This document shows positions 1 to 8,390 of a stretch of DNA of 33,361 bases, piece by piece. The notes beneath the pieces were generated by a model, which was not told the DNA's origin, ran no database searches, and was given only the letters and a program-made list of their open reading frames with translations. This DNA comes from Desulfobacterales bacterium. GTDB lineage: Bacteria; Desulfobacterota; Desulfobacteria; Desulfobacterales; UBA11574. The DNA lies in assembly GCA_030145595.1 (NCBI GenBank), contig JAQYVG010000003.1:1-33361 (forward strand), given 5' to 3'. The position numbers were made by a program, and so were the translations under genes. Each line of letters opens with the position of its first letter. Within the stretch, counting starts at the first letter, position 1.

Positions 1-693
1 CAGTTTCTTTGGGACGAAGGCAACAAAAAGGTGGGCGTTCTGAGCTTAATGGACGGTATTCTGGGCGGTTCACCGGACAGCATGGCCTTTTATCCCCCCA
101 ATGAATATTACGCACCGGGGCAGATTTCGTGGCTGGAAAACGTTCTAAGCGCCATAGAAAACAAGCAAGAAAACAATGGGAAAATATTTATCTGCCTGCA
201 TGCACCCCCCATTAACGTTGCAAAACGGCCCAGCATTCCGGCTGATCATAATGAAGTCCTGCTTGTGAGAGAAAAAGTTAATGCCACCTTTGGAACCATA
301 AACCATTTCCTTAGCCAGTTTTTCCATCTTTGCCTGGGCAGAAAAGAAAAAGATGCGGCTTACTCCGGGCCGATTGTGGATATGGTTCTATGCGGGCATG
401 CTCACCAGGACATAGAGTTCAGAATCGACAGCAACATCCGTATCTATCACGGGAACTATTCCTCTAAGCCTGATGCAGCCCAAACGTTCGACAGCAATCG
501 GCCTTATATACTGCAAACGGCTGCATGCGGCCCGGCGGCGATGGAGATGGGTTTCAATAATCCACCCTACTACAGAACAATACACCTCGATTCCAACGGC
601 AACGTTACAAGATTTGGACGAGAAGATGGAATAATGCCAGGGATCTTATCTGTTGTTAAGGCCGAGTTTCTTCATTCTGGAACAAAAGGTTGA
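1..693 (+). CDS. Metallophosphoesterase (calcineurin-like), 5'-partial; frame is open back to base 1
   Basis: Frame 1 has no stop from position 1. The protein has 'FICLHAPP' and 'VLCGHAHQD' (GHxH) motifs typical of metallophosphoesterases. The listed GTG at 31 is probably internal. Confidence 0.6.
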   Translation, partial: QFLWDEGNKKVGVLSLMDGILGGSPDSMAFYPPNEYYAPGQISWLENVLSAIENKQENNGKIFICLHAPPINVAKRPSIPADHNEVLLVREKVNATFGTINHFLSQFFHLCLGRKEKDAAYSGPIVDMVLCGHAHQDIEFRIDSNIRIYHGNYSSKPDAAQTFDSNRPYILQTAACGPAAMEMGFNNPPYYRTIHLDSNGNVTRFGREDGIMPGILSVVKAEFLHSGTKG

Positions 694-2208
694 TCGATTT
701 ACCTTTGCAGCGTTGGCAGCACGCGTTATATTCCACCTGTTTTTATTAAGAAGATAGACAACATAATCTTTTTCAAGCTCTTTCCAGGAATAACCGGCAA
801 ATGGAGACTCGGCAGCAGACGCAGCAATGCTTTTATCTGCAGACATCGGTTCATCGGTAAGAGACGAGGTGTTGACGGCGCTGCTTTGTATAATTTCTTT
901 TTGCTTAAAATGATCCGGTATCTCACTTACACCCACAATGTCATTATCAATTGTGCTGAGAATATATTTGACAAAATTTTCAAGCTCCCGGATATTCCCT
1001 TCCCATTGATAGTCTTCAAAATACTGAAATGTTTTTTTCGATATTTTCTTCTGAGAAACTCCTAATTTGAGCGCTTCTTTCTTGAAAAAATAATTTAGCA
1101 GAAGCGGTATATCCTTCTTGCGTTCTCGCAATGGAGGGAGGTGGAGCGGCAGAACATTGATGCGATAGAACAAATCTTCTCTGAATTCTTTTTTGTTAAT
1201 CGCTTCGCTTAAATTTTTGTTGGTGGCAGATATAATTCTTATATTGATTTTGCTGGTCTTAGTCTCCCCGAGGGGTTTAATTTCACTGTTTTGAATAACT
1301 CTCAATATGCGCGCCTGAAGGTGTAATGACATGTCCCCAATTTCATCCAGAAAAACCGAGCCGCCGTCGGCGGCCTGCAATAGACCGGTCTTGTCCTGTA
1401 TTGCACCTGTAAAGGCGCCTTTTTTGTATCCGAAAAGCTCGCTTTCCAGCAGTGTGTCCGGGATGGCACTACAATTTTGCACAACAAACGGCTTGTCCTC
1501 ACGAGAACTGAGATTGTGCAATGCCGTTGCGATAAGATCCTTACCGGTTCCGCTTTCGCCGGTAATCAACACGGGAAAATCCGTTCGGGCGTAATCACGG
1601 ACCCTTTTCATTACATCAATAAAGGGTCGGCTTTGACCAATGATTTGGACCTTGCCCCGAATCTCTCCCAGGGTTTGCTCAAGTTCAAGATTTCTTTCAA
1701 GTTGCGCGGTACAGTACAGGGCGTTGCTCATGGCTATGGAGCCTATGTCGATAATGTTCTTGATGAGTTCGATGTATTTTTTATCAAGATCAAGACGCTT
1801 GTTGTCTTTGCTGGTGTCGATGAGCTGGACGACCCCGTAAACCTCTCCGTTTTTCAAAATTAACGGAAAAGCGGTAATCCAGGCGCTCTTTAATTTCATG
1901 TCCTTTTCAAACTCTTTATAATGACGGGGATCCATGCCGGCCTCGGCAACAGTCATCTCGGCGTTTTCCATTACCCAGCCGACGATGCTCGGCCGATCAG
2001 TACTGATACTGGCTCCTGTGATGATATCTATATCCGTAGGGCTTCCCAAAGATTCAACACACACGTATCTTTCTTCTTGCTTAACCCAGATAGATCCACG
2101 GTCCACGTTCTGGATCTTCAAAAGCAACCTCAGAAATCTTTTTTTCAGGCTTTCGGGATCAAGATCATCGAAGAGCACTTTGTAGAAATCCAAATTATCA
2201 ACACTCAT
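646..2208 (-). CDS. Sigma-54-dependent transcriptional activator (N-terminal GAF-like sensor, AAA+ domain, C-terminal Fis-type HTH)
   Basis: Walker A 'GESGTGKD', 'ESELFGYKKGAFTGA' (GAFTGA sigma-54 contact loop), 'RIISATN', 'FREDLFYRINV', 'WEGNIRELEN', C-terminal HTH 'NITRAANAAKVNRSTF'. AGGA lies 8 nt upstream of the ATG at 2208. Confidence 0.9.
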   Translation of the reverse strand: MSVDNLDFYKVLFDDLDPESLKKRFLRLLLKIQNVDRGSIWVKQEERYVCVESLGSPTDIDIITGASISTDRPSIVGWVMENAEMTVAEAGMDPRHYKEFEKDMKLKSAWITAFPLILKNGEVYGVVQLIDTSKDNKRLDLDKKYIELIKNIIDIGSIAMSNALYCTAQLERNLELEQTLGEIRGKVQIIGQSRPFIDVMKRVRDYARTDFPVLITGESGTGKDLIATALHNLSSREDKPFVVQNCSAIPDTLLESELFGYKKGAFTGAIQDKTGLLQAADGGSVFLDEIGDMSLHLQARILRVIQNSEIKPLGETKTSKINIRIISATNKNLSEAINKKEFREDLFYRINVLPLHLPPLRERKKDIPLLLNYFFKKEALKLGVSQKKISKKTFQYFEDYQWEGNIRELENFVKYILSTIDNDIVGVSEIPDHFKQKEIIQSSAVNTSSLTDEPMSADKSIAASAAESPFAGYSWKELEKDYVVYLLNKNRWNITRAANAAKVNRSTFCSRMKKLGLNNR

Positions 2209-2223
2209 ACAGCCATCCTTTAA

Positions 2224-2250
2224 TTATAAAATCGCAACAAGATTTTATAA
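2224..2250. promoter_or_regulatory. Perfect 10-bp inverted repeat TTATAAAATC-N7-GATTTTATAA; candidate activator (UAS) or autoregulatory site
   Basis: Read directly from the sequence. It sits 16 nt upstream of the activator start codon and about 155 nt upstream of the sigma-54 promoter at 2405. Confidence 0.4.
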
Positions 2251-2404
2251 TAGTGGCACCTTTTCCTTAAATTGTCGACATATCATCAATCTGACCATAT
2301 GCAATAGCACCGGAAGTGGCTAAATACAAGCAAGAAATATGGCCATGCTGTTTTGTTGATGTGATATCAAGTGGTTGAGCTGAAAACCCCATCTCTTGGC
2401 TTGT

Positions 2405-2420
2405 TGGCACAATGCTTGCT
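2405..2420 (+). promoter_or_regulatory. Sigma-54 (RpoN) -24/-12 promoter TGGCACaatgcTTGCT
   Basis: Exact match to the consensus TGGCAC-N5-TTGCW. It lies next to a divergent sigma-54 activator gene and about 140 nt upstream of the ATG at 2558. Confidence 0.8.
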
Positions 2421-2557
2421 ACATTAATATAGCAAAAATCATCTCGAATTAAAGTGTATCTCTAACCAAAACGGAACTGGCCTCCTCTCTATAAATGAAG
2501 AGCTTCCCGGAAGGGAAAAACCATTCAATCTTCTGAAAAATTTTCAAGGAGGATACC

Positions 2558-2761
2558 ATGAAACCTCATCGCAACCTTACAGACAGGCGAAGCGGTAGGG
2601 ACCGTAGGTTTCGCGACGCTGCAATACCATCCCCGGACAGAAGAAATGGCATATGCAGGCGCAAGTCTCCCCGGCCCCAAAAACATTTGCACTTTGGCCA
2701 ATCCAATTGCCGCTATACTGCCATTAAAGTTCAAAATTCAAGATACATGCCTTGGATCTGA
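2558..2761 (+). CDS. Small arginine-rich protein (67 aa, three DRR motifs), function unknown
   Basis: Strong RBS AAGGAGG 5 nt before the ATG. It is the first ORF downstream of the sigma-54 promoter. 14 of 67 residues are Arg, with TDRR / RDRR / PDRR motifs. Confidence 0.5.
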   Translation: MKPHRNLTDRRSGRDRRFRDAAIPSPDRRNGICRRKSPRPQKHLHFGQSNCRYTAIKVQNSRYMPWI

Positions 2762-2794
2762 AAATATCAGACTTTATAGTGCCGGGTGTTTAGC

Positions 2795-4159
2795 ATGGAA
2801 GAAAATTCACAAAAACAAATCAAGGGAATGGTAGATCAGGTGGAATTGATCGACAATCGAATGCAACGTCAGTTGGAAAGCATGGCTGTTTTAGATCAAC
2901 AATACATAGCTGAAAGATGCATTGGCCGACGAAAAGAAGACGGGCTGGTTAGAGATAAGATTGACCAGTACGATCAGTTTTTCAATGTGGGCCGGACAAT
3001 CACTTCAGAAATGAACATGGACGTTTTGTTCGATGTAATTATGGATCAAACCAACCAGATCATGAGCACTCAAAGAAGTACTGTATTTCTGTACGACGAA
3101 ACACCCCAAGAGCTATGGTCTCTCGTAGCAACCTCTATGAAAAAAAATGAAATCCGTATACCAGCGGATCACGGGGTGGCCGGGTGGGTCTTTCAAAGCA
3201 GCCATCCATTGCTCCTCAATGATGCCTACAATGACCCCCGATTCTATTCCGGGGTAGACAAGGCGACCGGTTTTCGAACTAAAAACATTCTCTGCGTTCC
3301 TCTCATTAACCGCAAAGGCCAAAGTATTGGGGTTATTCAAGTTATTAACAAGAATTTGGGAAATTTTACGGATGCAGACAGAAAATTGCTCACATCCATA
3401 TCTCACTACGTGGCCATTGCACTGGAGAATTCGAAGCTCTACGAAGAAGTGAAAAGCTATTCAGAAGAGCTGAAGTCCACCCTCATACGCATCGAAACTA
3501 TCGAGAAAGTTAAGAGCCAATTGATGAAGTTTGTGCCGTCTTGCGTCGCCAAGCTGGCAGAGCACAATTCAGATGAACTGGCAGGCAAAAAGATTCCTAT
3601 GGATGTAACCATACTATTCATTGATATTCAAGGTTTCTCCAAAATCACGGAAGAATTCGACCAAACATTGGTCAACGATATGGTAGAGTCCCATTTTTCC
3701 AGTTATCTCGAGTGCATAAATCGGCATGGCGGAGAAGTAAACGAGACTTCGGGCGATGGGTTAATGGTTATCTTCAAGGATGGTTCTTTGGAATCTCATG
3801 CCCGGCAAGCTGTTGCCGCCGGATTGGAAATTGTATTTGAGAACTGTCGGTTGAATTACGAGCGTTTATATCCTTGGGGCGAGGTGAAGCTGCATTTAGG
3901 AGTCAATTCCGGGGGAGCGTGGGTCGGATCAACCAAAATGAAAAGTTTCACCGGCGAGCGTTGGACTTATACTGCTTCAGGATTAGTTACAATTTTGGCG
4001 GCTCGAATTGCTGCTCTTTCTCGTGCGAGTCAACTTTTTGTTGGCCTAGAGACATTTAAATGCATTGAATATGATTCCGATTATGAATTCATAGGGCTCC
4101 AAGAAGTTAAAAACGTCAAAAAACCGATTCCTGTTTATTGGGTGAAGCATTTGAAGTAA
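2795..4159 (+). CDS. GAF domain / class III nucleotidyl cyclase-like protein (atypical catalytic residues)
   Basis: GAF-like N-terminal half ('STVFLYD...', 'GVAGWVF', 'ILCVPL'), coiled linker, cyclase homology domain 'VTILFIDIQGFSKITEE', 'ETSGDGLMVIF', 'YTASGLVTILAARI'. The start is uncertain: GTG 2786, ATG 2795 or ATG 2828. Confidence 0.8.
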   Translation: MEENSQKQIKGMVDQVELIDNRMQRQLESMAVLDQQYIAERCIGRRKEDGLVRDKIDQYDQFFNVGRTITSEMNMDVLFDVIMDQTNQIMSTQRSTVFLYDETPQELWSLVATSMKKNEIRIPADHGVAGWVFQSSHPLLLNDAYNDPRFYSGVDKATGFRTKNILCVPLINRKGQSIGVIQVINKNLGNFTDADRKLLTSISHYVAIALENSKLYEEVKSYSEELKSTLIRIETIEKVKSQLMKFVPSCVAKLAEHNSDELAGKKIPMDVTILFIDIQGFSKITEEFDQTLVNDMVESHFSSYLECINRHGGEVNETSGDGLMVIFKDGSLESHARQAVAAGLEIVFENCRLNYERLYPWGEVKLHLGVNSGGAWVGSTKMKSFTGERWTYTASGLVTILAARIAALSRASQLFVGLETFKCIEYDSDYEFIGLQEVKNVKKPIPVYWVKHLK

Positions 4160-4165
4160 ATACCG

Positions 4166-5854
4166 GTGGCTAAATATTCATCCCGCAACCCACCTTGCAC
4201 AAGCAGTCTTGGTGATTTTGGACCCATCGAAAAAAATGAACGATTAAAGCAAATGAAGAGACGAAATCTACCGAAAATACTTGTTACCGGTGCATCCGGG
4301 ATCATTGGTCGGAACATTATAAAAGACCTCTGCGAATACTGTCGCATATACGCTCTGGCAAGACGAACCCAGCAGGATGCCGGTGTTTTGGCGCACAAAA
4401 ATATTAAATGGATCCAGGTGGATATCGCCTGTGAATTGAACTTGGCAAAGGTTGTCAAAAACATCAAAAAAGAAGGCGGCGTTGATTTCGTCATCCACCT
4501 TGCGGCGTATTACGATTTTGGCAACGTACCTCATCCAGAATATGAGCGGACCAATGTCACAGGTACCCGCTTAATGTTGGAGCATTCCAAGGAACTGGGG
4601 ATCAAGCGCTTTATTTACTCCAGTTCCATCGCGGCCTGCAATTTCCCCGCGGCCGGAGAATCCGTTAATGAACGTACATCCCTGGATGCAGATTTTCCTT
4701 ATGCCCGTGTCAAAAAAGAATGCGAGCAAATGCTGAAAAAATACTCTGAAAACTTTCCCTGTTCCTCTCTCCGGCTTGCAGCCGTATATACCGATTGGTG
4801 CGAGTTCGGTCCTCTCTATATGTTACTGAAAACATGGCTCTCCTCCTCGTTGAGATCACGAATTTTAGGCGGCAAGGGAGAAGCGGCCATACCATATGTG
4901 CATGTCAACTGTGTTTCCAGAGCGATCTCAATTGTCCTTGACAAAACAGATCGGCTGCCGCGATTCGATATCTACGTAATCAGCCCCGACAGCTCCACCT
5001 CTCACCAGGAGCTTTACGACCTGGCCACCAGGCTTTATTGCGGGGAAATTAAGCACCCCATTTTTATACCGAAGTGGCTTGCTAAAATATGCGTTTATAT
5101 TTGTGATTTGCTGGGCAGGCTCATCGGGAAAAGGCCATTTGTGAGGCCCTGGATGATGAAATACATTGATTTGCAATTAAACACAGAATCAGATTATACT
5201 CGAAAAACCCTTGGGTGGGAGATCCCGCAACGGATGAACATTTTGCACCGATTGTTGTTGCTTATTGATAATTTGAAAAACTCTCCGCTTCAATGGCATC
5301 AAATGAACAAGGCCGCTCTGGAAAAAACACGTCTGGAAAGACCGAATCTGATCCTTGCCGAATTGATGCAGAGCATGCAGAAAGAAATAACCGATCGGTC
5401 ACTGCAGAACCTGATCTCCCCTGGTTATACGAACAAACCGAAACATTACTATGATCTTCAGAGTCCCAACAAAGTAAAGTGGTATATAGAGCTGGTTTAT
5501 AACCTTTTAATCGCATCCGTTCGCAACAGCGACCGGTACCCGCTGGTAAATTATGCCCGGTCTTTGGCCAATATCAAAAGTCAGGAAGGCTTTGATGCTG
5601 CTGAAGTCTGCCTGATGTTGAATGTAATTGCAAACAATCTCCGTTCAGCCCTCCTGGCACGCCCCGAAACTAAAGGGATGGAATTGCTCATCCACGACTG
5701 GATCTCTTTAGCCATACAACTGGCCATAGATGAAGTCGAAAATTCATTTGAACGCGTTTTCCCTTTAAAGACGGCAGAAAGAGGTGCGAGGGTGCTGGAA
5801 ATTTATAATCAAGGATATAAAGATTCGACAACCGCTTTTTGTTATATGATTTGA
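4166..5854 (+). CDS. NAD-dependent epimerase/dehydratase (extended SDR) fused to an uncharacterised ~230-aa helical C-terminal domain
   Basis: Rossmann motif 'ILVTGASGIIGRNI' and catalytic 'YARVK' (YxxxK). The C-terminal third has no motif I recognise. The start may instead be ATG 4253 (MKRRNLPKILVTGASG). Confidence 0.7.
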   Translation: MAKYSSRNPPCTSSLGDFGPIEKNERLKQMKRRNLPKILVTGASGIIGRNIIKDLCEYCRIYALARRTQQDAGVLAHKNIKWIQVDIACELNLAKVVKNIKKEGGVDFVIHLAAYYDFGNVPHPEYERTNVTGTRLMLEHSKELGIKRFIYSSSIAACNFPAAGESVNERTSLDADFPYARVKKECEQMLKKYSENFPCSSLRLAAVYTDWCEFGPLYMLLKTWLSSSLRSRILGGKGEAAIPYVHVNCVSRAISIVLDKTDRLPRFDIYVISPDSSTSHQELYDLATRLYCGEIKHPIFIPKWLAKICVYICDLLGRLIGKRPFVRPWMMKYIDLQLNTESDYTRKTLGWEIPQRMNILHRLLLLIDNLKNSPLQWHQMNKAALEKTRLERPNLILAELMQSMQKEITDRSLQNLISPGYTNKPKHYYDLQSPNKVKWYIELVYNLLIASVRNSDRYPLVNYARSLANIKSQEGFDAAEVCLMLNVIANNLRSALLARPETKGMELLIHDWISLAIQLAIDEVENSFERVFPLKTAERGARVLEIYNQGYKDSTTAFCYMI

Positions 5855-5996
5855 TGATAGCGTAGGTGAATACTTGCTTGGCATCCAGGCTGTTCGGTAG
5901 ACCGCCGACAGCTCGTAGGTGCGATAGGCAACTGCAAAGAACATTTTTAATATTTGATATTTGTGCTATGATAAGGATAAAATAAAAATTACAGGG

Positions 5997-6104
5997 ATGT
6001 ATAGAATTGAGTTCGCCAAAAAGGCAGCTAAGTTTTATCAACGGATTGACACCATTACCGGCCGACGTCTTAACCACATTTTTGAAAGATTGTCGGATTA
6101 TTAG
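5997..6104 (+). pseudogene. Truncated RelE/ParE-family toxin remnant (35 codons)
   Basis: 'MYRIEFAKKAAKFYQRIDTITGRRLNHIFERLSDY*' matches the N-terminal pattern of ~85-90 aa RelE/ParE toxins (Y-x-I-E-F-x-K-K-A-x-K) but stops early. No cognate antitoxin lies upstream. Confidence 0.45.
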
Positions 6105-6133
6105 AAATATTATAATAATGTTAGGAGCTTTCA

Positions 6134-6358
6134 ATGCAAAATATTGATATTAACCAAGCCAAAAAACGTTTGTCTGAACTTGTCGAGAAGACTATCAGCG
6201 GGGATGAAATCATCATTACTAAAGCCGGGCAACCGATTGCCAAACTTATTGGTATCCCCAAACGAGACAAAAAGCGTCAGTTTGGCACGGCAAAGGGTCT
6301 CATTAAAATATCCGATGATTTTGATAAACCGCTTGAAGACTTTCAGGGTTATATGTGA
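6134..6358 (+). CDS. Type II antitoxin, Phd/YefM (prevent-host-death) family
   Basis: 74 aa. 'INQAKKRLSELVEKTISGDEIIITKAGQPIAKLI' is a typical Phd/YefM N-terminus. AGGAG RBS. The stop overlaps the start of the downstream PIN gene (ATGTGATG). Confidence 0.8.
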   Translation: MQNIDINQAKKRLSELVEKTISGDEIIITKAGQPIAKLIGIPKRDKKRQFGTAKGLIKISDDFDKPLEDFQGYM

Positions 6359-6744
6359 TGCGGGCATTGCTTGATACGGGCACTTTCCTATGGTTTATTG
6401 CTGATAGTGATCGGCTGAGCATTAATGCACGTAACTACATCGCAGATTTGGAAAATGAACTTATCTTGAGTGTTGCAAGTCTATGGGAGATCGCTATCAA
6501 ATCGAGTCTTGGAAAGCTTGAGTTGCTACGTCCCTTTGATCAGCTTATACCGGAACAGCTTGAAATAAATGCGGTCGATATTTTGCCGATAGAACTAAAA
6601 CATCTTTCAAGTGTAATCAAACTGCCATTTCATCATCGAGATCCCTTTGACCGTTTAATAATTGCCCAAAGCATTACGGAAGATATGCCCGTGATAAGTG
6701 GTGATAAAGCATTTCAAATGTATCCAATTGAAGCTATATGGTAA
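6355..6744 (+). CDS. vapC: Type II toxin, PIN-domain ribonuclease (VapC family)
   Basis: 129 aa. N-terminal acidic 'LLDTGTFLW', 'SVASLWEIAIK', 'HHRDPFDRLIIAQS', 'ISGDKAF' give a PIN-like conserved Asp pattern. 4-nt overlap with the antitoxin gene. Confidence 0.8.
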   Translation: MMRALLDTGTFLWFIADSDRLSINARNYIADLENELILSVASLWEIAIKSSLGKLELLRPFDQLIPEQLEINAVDILPIELKHLSSVIKLPFHHRDPFDRLIIAQSITEDMPVISGDKAFQMYPIEAIW

Positions 6745-6989
6745 TGCTCAAATTGCCCTCTGAGAAATAGTCTTAAACAAAGTCGGTCTGCATCCCCCCG
6801 ACAAATCGGAACAGACAGAGTTCCAGTTCACTGAATGCGACCCGGAGTTTATCCCGCCGTAGGGCGCCGCTGCCTGCTGAGTTCTTCCAACCTTAAAACA
6901 AACGCGAAACCCCAACCCAGATAAAGCGACCGCATGCTCTTATTGCTTTTCATTTCTTTTTATCTCCACATTGTGTATGTGCTTCCGTT

Positions 6990-8069
6990 ATGGAAAACAC
7001 GATCACAAGCTCAGCGGAACCTCTCTTGACACAAATTCGGCAACTGTTCCGAAACGATCTGGCACTGGAAAACGATTTTCTCAGGCAGGAAAACAGGATT
7101 CTCAGAAGCAAACTTGGTAAACGCGTGCCTTTGACAGATAAAGACCGAAGAGTGCTGGTAAAGTATGGCTTGCGGATTAAGGAACGTCTGGCCGATGTTA
7201 TCAGCATTGTCAAACCGGAGACTCTGCTTGCGTGGCACAGGAGGATTATACAGAAAAAATGGACTTATAGTAAAAAATCAAATCAACCGGGACGACCTCG
7301 AACGAATAAACAGACCGAGGAGCTTGTCGTCAAACTGGCTGAGGAAAACACTTGGGGTTATCGACGCATCGAAGGTGAATTGAAAAAACTTGGACATCAT
7401 GTTTGTCCGGGCACGGTTCGAAATATCCTGCAAAAACATGGACTGTCCCCGACTCCCGGACGAAAAAGCATGTCCTGGAAAAAATTTATACAGTCTCACA
7501 TGGATGTCTTGTGGGCTGGAGACTTTTTTACAGAAGAAGTTTGGACAATGAAAGGGCTTGTGACGTATTATACCCTGTTTTTCATACATCTTGGTTCACG
7601 GAGAGTGCATATTGCAGGCTGTACGCCAAATCCAAACTATGTGTGGACTTCACAGCAGGCCAGAAACTTTTCCATGCTGCTGGATGAGATCCCGGAAAGA
7701 TGCCGCTACATCATCCATGACAGAGATAACAGCTTTCTGCCATTTGATTTTGTTGTCAAATCCGAAGGAATCAAAATCGTTAAGATACCCCCGCAGGCAC
7801 CCATGTGTAATGCCTTTGCGGAAAGATTCGTGCGTGAGGCAAGAGAGACGCTTAACAACATTATCCCGCTTGGTGAAAATCATTTCCGTCATGTGCTTAG
7901 ATGTATTGAACTGCATCACAACAGGGAAAGACCTCATCAAGGCATTGGAAATGTCATTCCGTTACATTTTGTTTACCCCGAAGAGCCTGCAGATTCAAAA
8001 AGCGTTCACTGCCGTTCTTCGCTTGGTGGTCTGATGAATCATTACTATATCGATAAAAAAGCTGCGTAA
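6990..8069 (+). CDS. DDE transposase with integrase-core (rve) domain; IS element ORF, family not resolved (IS481/IS3-like)
   Basis: N-terminal coiled 'LRQENRILRSKL' and a 'GRPRT' HTH region. DDE triad candidates are 'WAGDFF', 'IIHDRDNSF' and 'NAFAERF', with about 35 aa between the second D and the E. Confidence 0.85.
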   Translation: MENTITSSAEPLLTQIRQLFRNDLALENDFLRQENRILRSKLGKRVPLTDKDRRVLVKYGLRIKERLADVISIVKPETLLAWHRRIIQKKWTYSKKSNQPGRPRTNKQTEELVVKLAEENTWGYRRIEGELKKLGHHVCPGTVRNILQKHGLSPTPGRKSMSWKKFIQSHMDVLWAGDFFTEEVWTMKGLVTYYTLFFIHLGSRRVHIAGCTPNPNYVWTSQQARNFSMLLDEIPERCRYIIHDRDNSFLPFDFVVKSEGIKIVKIPPQAPMCNAFAERFVREARETLNNIIPLGENHFRHVLRCIELHHNRERPHQGIGNVIPLHFVYPEEPADSKSVHCRSSLGGLMNHYYIDKKAA

Positions 8070-8390
8070 TATCAGATCGGCCTATTCTTGATTCATAGGG
8101 AAGCTCTGTCCGGTCTTTTCCATATGGTGACATCTGCACCTTTGCATCTAACCATCCAAATCAACGGTCTATTCTCACCTTGTATCCCAGAAACGTACAG
8201 GAAATCCACCAATCATCTAGCGTAATCATTCTCAATTCCGGTCAGTTGTGTCCAGATGAGTTTTTGAACACTACAAGTTTCACGGTTATCACAAAATCAT
8301 CACCAATACAGATATCATAATTTTGTTTAATATGATTTTGCTGTTACTGACAGTAGAATGGGATTGGAGTGTTGGTTGGACTTGCACGCC

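Noticed and set aside
2254-2269. Second TGGCAC (gtggcaccttttccttaa) near the activator gene
   Set aside because: There is no GC dinucleotide at the -12 spacing. The genuine consensus site is at 2405-2420.
5688-6134. 148-aa minus-strand ORF between the SDR gene and the TA pair
   Set aside because: It overlaps the 3' end of the SDR gene and the RelE-like remnant. It is an AT-rich, Ile/Leu-rich translation with no RBS.
6745-8390. Terminal inverted repeats and target duplication of the IS element
   Set aside because: The only match I found between the flanks is weak (cggaacagacagagttcc near 6815 against ccggacagagcttcc, the reverse complement near 8105). That is not enough to call the IS ends.
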